From the human T2T-CHM13v2.0 reference genome, Homo sapiens: a stretch of 64,000 nucleotides of DNA. The translations under genes and the position numbers were made by a program. Below are positions 39,506 through 53,592 of the stretch, one piece after another. Each line of letters opens with the position of its first letter. Within the stretch, counting starts at the first letter, position 1. The notes beneath the pieces were generated by a model that had not been told where the DNA came from, did not search any database, and was given only the letters and a program-made list of their open reading frames with translations. The stretch is taken from assembly GCF_009914755.1 (NCBI RefSeq), contig NC_060938.1. One strand, given 5' to 3'.

Positions 39506-42406
39506 CAAAGTCAAAATTAGTTGGATTAAATAATCTGTATTGATCTATTTTCAATTTTGCATATGCTTTCCTCTATCATTTTGCTACTGAGCCCTTACTG
39601 TAAGATTTTTATTTTTGATATTGTATTTTTCTGTTCAATTTCTATTTTTTTCTTTACTTTGTGGAACATAATCAAAAGAGCTACTTTGACATCTTTTTCT
39701 ATGAGTTTTAGTATCTTAGTCATCTTGGTATTTGAATTTGTTGATCTTTTACTTAAATATTAGTTCATTTTTCTGGCCCTTTGTCAAATAATTTTGAAGT
39801 ACATCTTAAACATTTCAAATATTATGTGTGTACACTCTGTTTTCTCCTCCTCTTCCTTCTTCTTCTTTAAAAAACAATCATCTAAAGAATGTTAATGTTT
39901 TTATTTGAGGAGAAAATCAACCTAGTTTGGTTTATACTACTAGTTGTGTCTCCCCTTTTGTGGAATTTGGTAGCTCAAAATCACAGTTCAGTTCTCAAAT
40001 CATTTGCAATGTTGGTTTGGGTTTATACCTGTCGTGTGTAGCTCAGGGATTAGTGAAACCAGTTTGCATGGCTCAAATCTCAGGTCAGTTCCTGAACTCT
40101 CTGCTACATTGGTTTTAGTTTGTCCTGCATGGGTGCCGCTTGGGGGTAGTCTGAGACTGGAATAGTGGTTCAAATATCAGTTAAGTAACCTAAAATTTGT
40201 TGTTCTGGTTTGAGTCAGTTTCACGTATGTAGAGCCTTGGGATTAGCCTGAGACTTAGACTATTTTCCATCTCTTCCCTAGGGTCTCCCTTTTCTAGCCT
40301 GACCCACAGAGGCAGAAAATTGTGTTTCTTGCAGAGTTTTGACTTCCTACATCATTATCATATTGCTGTGTGCATTGGGGCCTCCCTCAGGGCAAAGCCA
40401 AGAGAAAGAAACAGAAAAAATATGAAATTCACCCTTGTGCAGGTTGCTTCTCCAATTTTTGACTTCCCTACACAATCTGCTAGCTTTTGGGTAATTTCAG
40501 AGTCCACAGGTAGTTTCTTTTTTTAAATTTTTTTATTGTTTATTTATTTTTTATTTTGTTCAGTTTTTACTTACAATCCATGGCAGAGATTGGCCGTAGG
40601 TATCTTAAAGTTATCTCCTATTCTACTGTGGTCCTGCATTAATTTGTGGTTCTCGATAATATTAATCAAGAATGGCTATTTGGCGTGTGCTTTTTCCACC
40701 CTCTTTAGTTGTATTACCCTTTTTAGTTAATCTAATTCATTTTTTATATTTGCAAATTTTTCTCATCAAGATTATAAGACCATTTAATTAAGCTCTTAAA
40801 TTTTTTTGATATTTCATTTCTTATTTTCCAAATTTATGAAGGTCTTTCTTTGGTGCAAAAGAATTGAGAATGCATACTTGTTTTTATAAATAATTCAAGT
40901 ACTATATTTTTTCCTAAAGTCTAAAAATTTTTGTATTCTGAATTATATCTGGATTTAAGAGTATGTTAAGGCATAGTAGGACTATTCAAACACTATTTTT
41001 TTTAGTACGTAAAACAGAGCTGATTAGTTTTTAATTTTCTCTATTTTTTTCATTTCTGACTTTTTGCTTCTTTTAAATGAAACATGTATTTTGGTATTTG
41101 GGGCTGTGTTTGGAGACCCTTAAATCTTCCGGGAAATCATGTATTTCTTAGAATGCTGCCAACACCCTTAAGTGAGAATATTCTATTTATGATCTTATTC
41201 TTATTTAACTAAGAGGTGTTGCTTCTACTACTATAGAGGATTGAAGAATTCCTTTACATTCTTCCAGTGCAGAGCAAAAGGCAATGTTCCAAGACATCAC
41301 ACAATCCTATGGCCTTTGACTTTGAACATACTGGGCTTTGCAAATGCTCAGCAACTTTGAGAAAAGTTAAAATGACCACCATTCTGAAATTCAGAAGGAG
41401 TTGCTCCTTATAGCTTATTTTCCAATTTTTTTTCTGCTCTGACTTTAATCTTCAATATGATCCCACCTACTTTCTGTCTCCTAGAAATATGTGTCACTCT
41501 TTCCTCACCAGATGACCTTCATTTTTTTTTTACTCTTGTGAATTTTAGTCTATTTCCATTTTATTTCTATTCTTTAATTTAGGAAGAAATATTCAAGAGA
41601 AGGGAAATGAGCATATAGCATTAGGATTAGAAGTTCACACTCAAAGGCTACACTTTTACAAAATGACAGCATTACTCAATTTTCTTCATTCAAGAAAATC
41701 TTTTCCAACAGGAACAAATGAATCAAGAACCCAAGGAGAGAACTGGGCTTATGCTTTCAAATCAAAGGAAAGAAGTATTCTGACTTTGTCAAGGGTCCCA
41801 TTAGCCACAGAGAAAGCAGTGACTTTCTGCATTCTCGTGTTTTCAGAGTTTTATTTTTTTCCCCATGCACTATCTACATTTATTATTATTTGTTTTTATT
41901 TTTAAATTTCAACTTTTATTTCTCGCTTGGTGTGGTTGTATTTCCTTCAGCCCCACAGGTGTCTGTAGTTTTATTTCCTTTACCCCTAGAGGCAAAGCCT
42001 TCCCATCATGAGTTACGCCTTGTCATTAGTTGCATGGAGGCACTACTCTCCTTATGTGAAATCTTTTCCTCTATGGCTGCACAAGCATCATCCAAGGGAA
42101 ATATCTCTACCATCCTCCATCAGCACTGTGGCAACACTGAACCATCCAAAACTCAGTCCAGGGCAATTGGTCTGAACCCAAACTCTCATGGACTCATATC
42201 TAAATTCTGATATGCTTTTCAATAACGATTCCTCTTGATGTATTACTCCATCTTTACATGAAATCTTATTGCTAATGGACTCTAGGACTAAAACACCATC
42301 ATAGATTTGGTCAGGAAGAAACACGTCTTGTGGAAGTTTTGATACATCTCAGAAAACAGGAAGAACACACTAATGAACAGTCTGTGCTAAACTCTGGTTC
42401 TGCACT

Positions 42407-42425
42407 TGGCCTCCAGAGGGCGATG
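42407..42425 (+). promoter_or_regulatory. CTCF-type motif in TRAV8-5 promoter
   Basis: tggcctccagagggcgatg. Confidence 0.75.
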
Positions 42426-42706
42426 CTGCACACACTGGAGCTTTTGTTTCTGTTGAAGATCAATCCACTGCTCAGTTTCTTCTTCCTGCAGCTGGTTGAG
42501 TTCTTTCCAGACAAAGACAAGTGACAAGAATCAGAGTTTTAAAAGCAACCAGATTCATCTCTGCAGCTTTTGTAGTTTTATATAAGCAAAGAGCTTGTCC
42601 AGCAAACCTTCCCCACACTTCTTGTTCTTGGTCTCTTCAGCCGCTTTCCTTCCTGTTCTCTGGAGATCTTTCAGAAAAGAGCCTGCAGTGTTTCCGTTGC
42701 TCAGCC

Positions 42707-44228
42707 ATGCTCCTGGTGCTCATCCCACTGCTGGGGATACATTTTGTCCTGAGTGAGTAAAATTTCTTTATCATCTCTAGTTCCACAGGTTCTGACTAGA
42801 AATGCTTGCTTTTTATACTGAGTCTGCACTGCTTTCACTGATAGTACATTACTTTTTCAGGAACTGTCAGAGCCCAGTCAGTGACCCAGCCTGACATCCA
42901 CATCACTGTCTCTGAAGGAGCCTCACTGGAGTTGAGATGTAACTATTCCTATGGGGCGATGTTGTGGGAAGTCAGGGACCCCAAACGGAGGGACCGGCTG
43001 AAGCCATGGCAGAAGAATGTGGATTGTGAAGATTTCATGGACATTTATTAGTTCCCCAAATTAATACTTTTATAATTTCTTATGCCTGTCTTTACTGCAA
43101 TCTCTAAACATAAATTGTAAAGATTTCATGGACACTTATCACTTCCCCAATCAATACCCCTGTGATTTCCTATGCCTGTCTTTACTTTAATCTCTTAATC
43201 CTGTCAGCTGAGGAGGATGTATGTCACCTCAGGACCCTGTGATAATTGTGTTAACTGCACAAATTATAGAGCATGTGTGTTCAAACAATATGAAATCTGG
43301 GCACCTTGAAAAAAGAAGAGGATAACAGCAATGTTCAGGGAATAAGAGAGATAACCTTAAACTCTGACTGCCAATGAGCCAGGCGGAACAGAGCCATATT
43401 TCTCTTCTTTCAAAAGCAAATGGGAGAAATATGGCTGAATTCTTTTTCTCAGCAAGGAACATCCCTGGGGAAGAGAATACGTGCCTGGGGGTGGGTCTAT
43501 AGACGGCCCCCTTGGGTGTGGCCATCTTCTATAGTCAAAACTGTAGGGGTGAAATAAATCCCAGTCTCCCATAGCACTCCCAGGCTTATTAGGAAGAGGA
43601 AATTCCCACCTAATAAATTTTGGTCAGACTGGCTGCTCTCAAAACCCTGTCTCCTGATAAGATGTTATCAATGACAATGGTGCCCGAAACTTCATTAGCA
43701 ATTTTAATTTCGCCCCAGTCCTGTGGTCCTGTGATCTCGCCCTGCCTCCATTTACCTTGTGATATCTTATTACCTTGTGAAGTACGTGATCTCTGTGACC
43801 CACACCTATTCATACACTCCCTCCCCTTTTGAAAATCAGTAATAAAAACTTGCTGGTTTTGCGGCTTGTGGGGCATCACGGAACCTACCGACATGTGATT
43901 TCTCCCCCGGACTCCCAGCTTTAAAATTTCTCTCTTTTGTACTCTGTCCCTTTATTTCTCAAGCCAGCCAAAACTTAGGGAAAATAGAAAAGAACCTATG
44001 TGACTATCGGGGCAGGTTCCCCAATACGGCAACACCTTCTCTCTTCTGGCATGTCCAGTCCCCCGGCCAAGGCCTCCAGCTGCTCCTGAAGTACTTTTCA
44101 GGAGACATTCTGGTTCAAGGCATTGAAGGCTTTGAAGCTGAATTTAAGAGGAGTCAATCTTCCTTCAACCTGAGGAGACCCTCTGTGCATTGGAGTGATG
44201 CTGCTGAGTACTTCTGTGCTGCAGGTGC
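42707..44228 (+). pseudogene. TRAV8-5: TCR alpha variable 8-5, V exon split in CDR1 by an LTR (leader 42707-42752; V exon 42861-42959 and 44033-44228)
   Basis: MLLVLIPLLGIHFVL|RTVRAQSVTQPDIHITVSEGASLELRCNYSYGA [LTR] [25 protein letters not shown]...YFCAAG; otherwise stop-free. Confidence 0.95.
42960..44026 (+). mobile_element. MER11 solo LTR (HERV-K11/HML-8)
   Basis: Starts tgttgtgggaagtcagggacccc and ends ggcaggttccccaata; AATAAA at 43841; 6-bp TSD gggcga / cggcaa. Confidence 0.9.
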
Positions 44229-44266
44229 CACAGTGCCTGGGTCTGCAGGGGAGCTGAACACAAACT
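44229..44266 (+). other. RSS of TRAV8-5 (22-bp spacer)
   Basis: cacagtg + 22 nt + acacaaact. Confidence 0.93.
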
Positions 44267-45111
44267 GCCTATGCTAGAGAAGTTTTCAGAGACTCAATGT
44301 ATCTTCCTGTGGCATTTTCAAAGATCTCTTATTTTTATGATGGTGAGTGAGGCAAAGAGAGCTGAGCACATCCAGCCATTTCTATATAATTCTGCAATTC
44401 CTGCTATGTCCCATGTCAGATAAACTTTGTTTTAGAAGCTTTTTGTTAATTGAAGAAACTGCATAATAGGAAATAGTATTCTAGAATGATGGAGGAGACA
44501 TACTTCTTATCACCTAACAATCAGGTTCTCAAGGACCTTTCCTTGACTGTGACTGCATTAAGTGGTTGACTATGGGAATTTTGATATGGTCTAGGAGAAC
44601 CTTGGTTTTCATTTATCATTTAATCTCTCAACTAACCCAGAAAACAAAAGATAAGTTTCTCATGTTCTTACCTTGCAAGTTGCATCCTTGAGCTGGTCAT
44701 TCACAGGATATTTTCTTAGAATTTATTTTTCTGGCTCTAACTGCGCAATTCAGATTTCAGGATATTTTGTCTCATACCTCTATTTAGGAGGAATTATGAG
44801 AAATTGTTAGCTAACAGTGAAAGTTTCATTAGAATCACGAAGGACTTAGAAAATTGTCACAGTGATGTGAGTTCTGGCAACTAGGAATAGCACACAAGGA
44901 GAATGAAGATTTAGAATTCATCAGTGTTTCTCCAAAGACTTTTTCAGTTATAAAAATAGCTTCTATTCTATTGGTATATTAATTATGCAAATCTACATTG
45001 TAAGTTTGTCTATGGAATTCCATTCATCTCTTCTAGCTACTGACACTTTTACTTGTTGCTTTCGCTCTGTTGTTACATGGTTTCACTATTGAAATATTAA
45101 AGATTGATTCT

Positions 45112-45419
45112 CTTTTTTGAGATAGAGTTTTACTCTTTCACCTAGGCTGGAATGCAGTGGCATGATCATAGCTCACTGCAGCCTTGACCCATGCCCCCAG
45201 GCTCAAGCAATTCTCCCACCTCAGTCAGCTTCCTGAGTAGCTGAGACTACAGGTGTGCACCACCATGCCTGGCTAATTTTTTTTTTAATTTTTATTTTTA
45301 GTGGAGACAAGATCTCACTATGTTGCCCAGGCTGGTTTCAAACTCCTGAGCTCAAGCAATCCTGCAACCTCAGCCCCCCAAAGTACTAGGATTACAAGCA
45401 TGAGCCACTGTACCTGGCC
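45112..45419 (-). mobile_element. Alu (AluJ-like)
   Basis: Antisense Alu; TSD aaagattgattct. Confidence 0.9.
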
Positions 45420-46618
45420 AAAGATTGATTCTTATATAGTAACATTTTGATAATCTGTCATGTGGTAAGTTTTGCAATGCCAAGCTCTGCTAGAAATACG
45501 GATAAGAGTTACAATGGTACTGGATTCCAGGCGGCTGCTGGAAAGTATAAATATGTGACTTTCTTATGTCTAGAATGGAAAGAACTGTATAAGAATATTT
45601 TATACTCCTTGTCTGCTTGCTGCCTCGGAGGATAACCAGTGCTTCGGAGGAAAAGTAGAAGGAGAAGGAGAGAGCTCTTTAGCTGCCATTTAGCTCACAC
45701 TATAAATGTCTAAGAGGGTAGGTGCATAGGGACCCTGAAAATATAGATCGAATAAGTAAATTGTGGCCAATGGCACTCCTTAGCCAAATAGTGAACCAAG
45801 ATATCAACAGTATTTTTTAGGATGTAGTGTTATGAGTACATGTGATAACTATGTTTAAGCGATTTCTGGAATGCTGTGAGGAAGGTGAATGGAGTGTCAG
45901 ATATATAAAATTATGAAAAAGAAATGTATGCTCATTTAATGTTCCTGCCTCAGTCCCTTCCTTCTTTTCTGTTTTTGGACCACACTCTCATCTACCACTG
46001 ATAAGGCAAATAATTTCAAGTGACTCATTGTCATCAGCTCAGCCACACTGCCCAAAGGTACTTGTCATAGTATCATGAGCACTTCATGCAGATCGATTTG
46101 AGAAAGAACTGCCCGTTTCTTTTGATTCTGATCTCAAACTGAATATTAAAGAAAAATAAATTCCATACCAAGGACCCTGAGCAGCTGGGAGAGCATTCCC
46201 CATCTCCCCTACCTCACCTCTGCCTGAAAAATCAAAGTAATCTTCCTTCCTTCTATTAATAATTTGTTGCTTTTATATGAGTACGTGATTTGTAGGAGAA
46301 ACTTTCCAAAATAAGGAATTATATTAAGAAAGTGGAGATTCTGAGTTATTTTATCAATGATATCAATCATTCTGACTTTTCAGAAAGAATTCTGACTTTT
46401 CATGAAATTAACTGATCTTACCACATATTCCATCACCGAGAAGCAGCTGCCCTAATTGAAAGGCGGAACACTTTACTGAAGACCAAGCTAGAGCCCTGAC
46501 TGGGAGACAACAGCATGTATGCTAAACATTTTCTTCTCTCCCTACATCGTATTTTTATCTGATATACAAGCTGTTGGAAACAAACTTTATAATTTAGTGT
46601 AAAGGTAACAGAATTTTC

Positions 46619-46898
46619 AGGCTGGGTGAGGTGGCTCACAGCTGTAATTTCAGCACTGTGGGAGGTTTAGGTAGGAGGATCACTTGAGGCAAGGATTTCA
46701 AGACCAGCCTGGGCAACATAGCAAGACCACATCTCTACAAACAATTAAAAAAATTAGCCAGGCATGGTGGTGCCCACCTGTAGTCCTAGCTACTCAGGAG
46801 GATTGCGTGGGCCCAGGAGTTCAAAGTTACACTGAGCTGTGATCATGACACTGCCCTCTAGCCTGGATGCCAGAGCAAGATCCTGCTTTTAAAAAAAA
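46619..46898 (+). mobile_element. Alu (AluJ-like)
   Basis: Diverged sense Alu. Confidence 0.9.
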
Positions 46899-49425
46899 CT
46901 TAGGAAGGACTGTCACTGAATTTGAAGAATTATTAATATAATCAGTGATGAAGTCAATGACTTTTGGGATTGTGCATCTTCTCATTTTGGAGAAAGGATG
47001 AAAAGTTCTTCAGTTGCAAGATGGAGTTCTGTATCTTGAAGGAGATAGAGGAATAGAATTATTTTGTTGTTGTACATGTTTCAAATGTTTGTAGAAGAAT
47101 GTGTGTGTTGCATAGGGAAGCTTGAAGTAGTTGAAGGTATCGATTTATTGACTCTCAGCTCCAAATTCACTCCTTGCCTCTTCTGTGAAGGTGAATCTGG
47201 AACCTTCGACCATTTTTCTTTGCCAGTTGACACAATGTTAAGCTTTGTAGTAGAGAGTCAGGAAGAAAAAGTTTTGCTTTCTGCTTTCCATGTGCTCACT
47301 CATCAGGATCCTGCACCATGGGAGGCACCTGCAGTGCACAGTGCCCTGCAGTTTCCTCCAGAACCCCCCCATTTTAGGGTGATTCTGTGAAAGAGATCCT
47401 GCAGTGAGACACCTCCCTGTGAACAGCTTTCCCCAGTGTCCTAGAGGATGATTTTCTGCCATGTTCTAGAGGGTGGATTTCTAGCAAGTTCTGCTGGGAC
47501 AGCACCACAGCAACTTCCCTTTCATCCAGTGAGCCACAGCTGTGTCTTTTCAATAAGATCTGGGTCTCAGCCCTGAGGGTGGGGCTACAGGCCTCTTCCC
47601 TGGTTATCCTACCCTGCCCTAGGAGTAGAGGCTGCACCTTATGTCTGCTATTCCTACAGGAATAGGAATAGCAGAGTTTTCTTTTCTTCATATTATTCAT
47701 TCTCTTGTTACTCTAATACTCTGTTTATTAATCCTTAAATTTTTTCTGTTGAAATTCTATGGTTTCTCTTTCCTGATTGGACTCGACTTAGACATGCACC
47801 AAGGACTTCAAGCAACTGGAGAGCATCTTCCATCTCCCCGCCCACTCCTGCCTGAGATATCAAAGTAGTTTTCTTGTTTTATTTCTCTATTGATTTGTTT
47901 TGCCTGCTTATTGTTTTATTTACATTGTTGTTATATAATTATGAGAAAATTTTACAATAATTTTATTAAGAATTTGGAAATATTGTTAATATATTAATAA
48001 AATTAATTTTACTATTAAAATTTTTGTGCACATTATACACAGAATGTTATTATACCATTGGTGCAAATTGAAATCAATTTTAAAAGGTTTAGCATACTGC
48101 ACAAATAGGCATTAATTCACCTATGAGGATGTGTCTGGAGATCGTAATTCTAAGTCATTTTTCTTGCATGTAACTCTCTCAATACATCATTATTTTTTGA
48201 TTTTCTATTTCCTTCAGATGGAGGAAGAAGACAATGATAATTGCAAAACTATCTGTAGACAGAATATTTCTGTCACCCCAGAAGGTTTTATGTGTGCCTT
48301 TCTAGTCAACTCACCTTCTGGAGGCAATAGATGTTCTTATTTCTATCACCTTAGATTTACTTTACCCATTGTAGACTTCAAATCAATGGAATCATACAGT
48401 AGTTACTCTTTTGTGCCTGGTTTCTTTCATTCATCGTGTTTTTTAGATTCCCCCATGTTCTCATGTATATCAGTCATTCATTATTGCTATTGCTGAGTAG
48501 TATCGTATTATATGAATAAAGCACAATTTGTTTATCCGTTCAGCTGTGCACACCACTGACTGGACATAGAATCTTTCAGGGATTAAATCTTTGGTATCAT
48601 TCTTAAGAGTGCAAGGTACAGTTGTTCTAGATTTTTCTATCCTGTCTTTCAAGGGTAGGGTGTGTCTCTAAAATACTTCAGTTGAAACATGTATCTTAAA
48701 TATCTTTATTTAAAAACCAATTTCTATCATTCATTATGGTACCTACTGTATCATTAGTTTTGCAAAGAAAAACCCAACATCTAATATTCCCTATGCTATT
48801 TAGCAAAGCTTTGGGTATTATTCAAGCTGTGGGTAGCTGAACTGTAGTTTCCTCTGTTGTGGCCTTACGTATTAATAACAACAGTAGCTGACCACCCTGG
48901 AATTTGCTTTCCTGACTAAGTCAATTGACTCTCCTTAGAGTTGAGACTTAACTAGTACATATCCAATATTCTCTGGCTTTTGTCGAAAAGATTTAATGTA
49001 AATTATACATCCTAACACTGTGATATATTTATTTTTACTTGGTAACTGATAGTCAGATATTATGAACAAAATTTAGATCATTGTTCCTGCAGGTCCTGAA
49101 GATCTGTAAGTCATGTAATTATAATCCTTGCTCAACAGTTATTCTAGAGAACTTATTTAATATTTAGAGGCACTTTGCCCTTTACAGTACATACTAAAAC
49201 CTTTTAAAGCTTGTTAGGTAACTTATGAAGAAAATTTCACTAATCTATTATTTAATACCAAATATACAGCATATACAATACACATTTTCAATCTTTTAAG
49301 CACATTAACAAAGTTCTCAGGATAGTTGGATCTCTGTACACAGTTTTTTACAGGAATATCTAAGACAAGGGAATACCTTTATTTAGGACACAAATGCGCC
49401 AAAACATGGGTATAAAAGTAGAATG

Positions 49426-49743
49426 TGGCCAGGCACGGTGGATTATGCCTGTAATCCCAACACTTTGAGAGGCTGAAGCGAGAGAATCTCTTGAGTCCAG
49501 GAGATTGAAACCAGCCTGAGCAACAGAATGAAATCCCATCTCTACAAAAAGTAAAAAAACATCAGCTGGGCATGGTGACACATGTCTGTGATCCCAGTTA
49601 CATAGGAGGCTGAGGCAGGGAGTATTGCTTAAGCCTGGGAGGTCAAGGCTGCAGTGAGCCGCAATTGCACCACTGCCCTCCAGTCTGGGAAACAGAGTGA
49701 GACCCTGTCTCAAAAAAATAAATAAATAAAAATAAAAATAAAA
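49426..49743 (+). mobile_element. Alu (AluJ-like)
   Basis: Sense Alu with (taaa)n tail; flanking repeat gtagaatgt. Confidence 0.9.
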
Positions 49744-49844
49744 GGTAGAATGTTAAAATGTTGAAGATAGTTTATATGTATATTTATAACTTCAAATTGT
49801 TTTTTGTGATATGTCTTATATAATAGGAAAATAAAATTGACCTT

Positions 49845-50229
49845 TATATTAATATTCTAAGGCTGGCATAACAAAATATCACAGACTAGGTGACATAAAC
49901 AACATAATTTATTATCTCACAGTTCCACAGGCTAGAAGCCCAAGATCAAGTTGTCAGCAGGGTTAATTTCTTCTGAAGTTTGCAGATCATGTTGCCTTTT
50001 CATTGTGTCCTTACACGGTCTTGCCCCTGAGGGTACGCATGTCTGTGTCCAAATTTACTTTTCTTATAAGAAGAGCAGTCATATTGAATTAGAGTCCACT
50101 TATGTGATGTCATTTTACATTAATTATTTCTTTAAAGAGCCTATTTTCAAGCACCATTACGTTCTGAGGTACTGGGGGTAAGGGCTTCAACATGTAAATT
50201 TTGGGTTGGATAGAGCTCAGTCCATAACA
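49845..50229. mobile_element. MLT1A-like MaLR LTR
   Basis: ggctggcataacaaaatatcacagactagg...cagtccataaca. Confidence 0.7.
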
Positions 50230-51676
50230 ACTCTCCAAGTAAATATTACGTTCACAAACAAGACAGTTGAAACCTTTCTTTGTGCAATGCTTTACTAACT
50301 TCTCGTGCACACAATGATCGTGTATAACTTTGATGGAGATTTTCCTGTATTGAGTTTCTTTCTAGAGGAAGGAGAAATGTGCAATTACAAATACAGATAG
50401 CTTATAAGATATTCTACATTGCAAAAGACCAGTGATAAAAATTAAAAGCTGTTTTTCAGACTTGCCTTCTTTTTCCTCTGCTCCACTGGGGTGCAGAATT
50501 CTCTCATGTTTAGATTTGTTCTTTTCTGAAGATAAATCTTAATTTCTCCTTGGTATTTTATCTCTGACAGTTTTCCTTTCTTTCCCCATTCCGTTTTCTG
50601 TCTGCATGTTACTTTTTTTTACCTCTGTCTTATCGTTTGTCTAATATTAGATTCTACCTGTGCAGAAGCCAATTTAGCTAACTTGCTGTTTTTCTCCTGC
50701 ACTCCTCCTTTACCACCTCATCAGCAGAACTGACATTTAAAAAAGAAAAAAGAATTGAAATTCTTTTGAAGTTGTTTAGGGCAAGTGAAGCGGGTTAAGT
50801 GGATGAGGAAGGTGGCTACAGTCCTTAAACACAGGGGCAGCAGGAAGAATTCCATCCTATATGCTCAGCTTTCTTGAGGATTGTTTTCTGTTTTTTTTTC
50901 AAGTAGTATGTATCAATATTTTAAATTTTGATTCAACCAGATAATCTTTTTTAAAAAATATATGCTTTGGTTGCTGACATGCTTGGATTCATTTTAAATA
51001 TATTTGTTTTATGCAGCATTCTCTTGATTTTTTTCTTATTTCTTTTTAGCCTGGCTTCTCTTGCATTGATAAAGTTTGATTTTTCTTCATACTGCTTTGA
51101 AAATGTAATGTGTATTTCTGTTATGATAAGTACCCTTGTTATATAAATGTATGTATAGAAATATAAAATACATATGAATGTATGTATATATGTGTATGCA
51201 TATATAAATCTAATTTTTATGCCCAATGTTATTCTTTTTTTTCCCTCAGTGTTATTCTGTAACATTTTGCTTGTATATCCCAGTCCTTCTCCTTTACCTC
51301 CTGCTGACTTATGAATTTTAGAATTACCTTCGTGGCTGATTGGAAGAAACTACACATAAGCTATATACATCAGGACAATAATTTCAGTAAGATATTATGA
51401 AATGAACAATAAACTATAGCTCCAATGTACATTAAGAAAAGTAATAAAAAAGAAAAGCATCTGACACAATAATTGCAACATGAATTTGCTCCCTTCATCC
51501 TCAGAGCCATTGTCCCTGATCTTCCTTCTGCCTGGAGTGTTTTTCACCATTAGCCACATAGATCCCTTCACTGGCTCATAGTCTTTGCTCCTGGAGAAAC
51601 ATGGGAACATGTGAATAAAGTAGAATGCTCAAAAAGTTTATTGCAGCATTGTATTTCATAGTTAAAGAAAAATCAT

Positions 51677-52570
51677 TGTATTAGTCCATTCTCCCACTGT
51701 TATAAAAATGCTGAGACATGATAATTTATAAAGAAAAGAGATTTAAGTGGCTCACAGTTCCACAGACCATACAGGAAGCACAGTAGCATCTGTTTCTGGG
51801 GAGGCTTCAGGGAGCTTTTACTCAAGATGGAAGGTAAAGAGGGAGAGGCCGTCTTACATGGCAAAAGCAGAACCTAGAGAGAAAGGGAAGGTGCTACACA
51901 CTTTTAAACAACCAGATCTCAGGAGAACTCAGGACTGTAGCAAGTGGGAAATCCACCCCCATGACCCAATCACCTCCTACCAGGCCTGACCTCCAGCATT
52001 GGGTATGGAATCCTGATTAGGGAAAAGGAGTCAGGCTAGCAGGACCAGGGGAAAGCAAAGGGATAAAGAAAATAAGCTATAGGTCTGCCTTTTTTTCATG
52101 GTCCAGGACATATAAACAGAAAGAGGAAGCAGATAAGCTATAGGTCTTTCTTTATGGCTCAGGACCTATAGCTCTCCTGAGCAAATAACGTACATAACTC
52201 ACAGACTTCCTGCTTATCATCAAACACCTCTATCTATCATCAAAAACCTCAGTTGACAGAAGAATGCAAGTTAGTTCCTTGCTACCTTGGCATTACCAGT
52301 ACTGCATGCAGCACTCGGCAACCCAAAAACATCCTATAAAATCTCCAGCAGGCCTTTGTTTCCTTGCCATCAGCTCCTCTTCGGCTGATTGCTCCCTGGC
52401 AACTACTTTCATACTTTCTTTAATAGATCTGCCTTTCTTTATCTACAACAGTCTTGGTAAATTATTTTATCCCCACACCACCAGCCCAGGTAGTCATCAC
52501 TCACCTGGGACATTGGGGATTACATTTCAACATGAGATTTGGGCAGGGACACAGATCCAAACTATATCAC
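51677..52570. mobile_element. MST/THE-type MaLR LTR with a nested ERV1-type LTR (about 52005-52510)
   Basis: tgtattagtccattctc...gggacacagatccaaactatatca, interrupted at cattggg by another LTR-like segment. Confidence 0.7.
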
Positions 52571-53573
52571 ACATCATCTTAAGTCTTCATCAATAGGGAG
52601 AGGACTATATAAACTGAAGTATATCTCTAATAGGGTGCAATGTAGCAGAAGTTCCCGTATGTGTTAATATAATAAGCTCTGCAAGATATATTATTGAATT
52701 TATAGTGTGAGTTACAAAAAGGTATACATGAGATGCATCATTTGGTATTAAATTTTAAAATTATAAATGAAATACTATTTATTTTCAGCATTTTTTGTAT
52801 TTAGTACATGTATATAATGCTATAGTAAAACATTTGGAAGTATCAACTCCAAATTGATAAGATGAAGGGAGAATTAGGGTAACGAGTGATGAAAGAATCA
52901 GAACTGGGAGTGGTAGTAAAAGTGGATTTTCGTCTACCTGGTATGTTGTATTACTTTTAATAATTTCAAATGTTCATGAATTCTTTATAATATTAAACCA
53001 ATAAAAAGTCATAAAAGCCATCATAAAGGTTTATCCATATTCTATTCTATTATCCTCATGAAAAAGGAGAGAAAGAGGGAAATGACCACCCTTTTTATAA
53101 GGTCTTGTCCAACCTTCCTAAGTATTTCTCCCACCTCTGGGATCATATAGCTTTTAGTTCACATTCTGCTTAGGATCCCACTCTTTGATTCTATTATAGA
53201 CATGTGTAGTTTTGTACTCTTCAGTAGATTATGAACTAATGTCTCATCACTTTTTACATACTCTTAAAACCTAATAAATTAATCACTTATGGTAATACTT
53301 CAAAAAATCTTTTTGGATTTTCTAAAACAAAATCAGAGAATTCAAATAAATAGCGCAAGATGGGAATTGTCAAATTATTTTAAGATATTAATTTCCATGA
53401 AGTGGCATTTTAAAAGTGGTAATTGGTTCACTGTTAATCCCCATTCAGTCTAGGCAGCTATATTGTTTTCTGACCGCCTCCATTTCCTTCATAGGAAACA
53501 TGAAGTGAATGGGGCTGTGTGTGTGACTACTGAGGAGTTAAGTTGGTGCAAAGTGGTCTTTGTTGATGGTTTC

Positions 53574-53592
53574 AGTCCACTAGGGGGCACTC
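53574..53592 (+). promoter_or_regulatory. Strong CTCF-type motif with no adjacent V gene
   Basis: agtccactagggggcactc. Confidence 0.75.
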
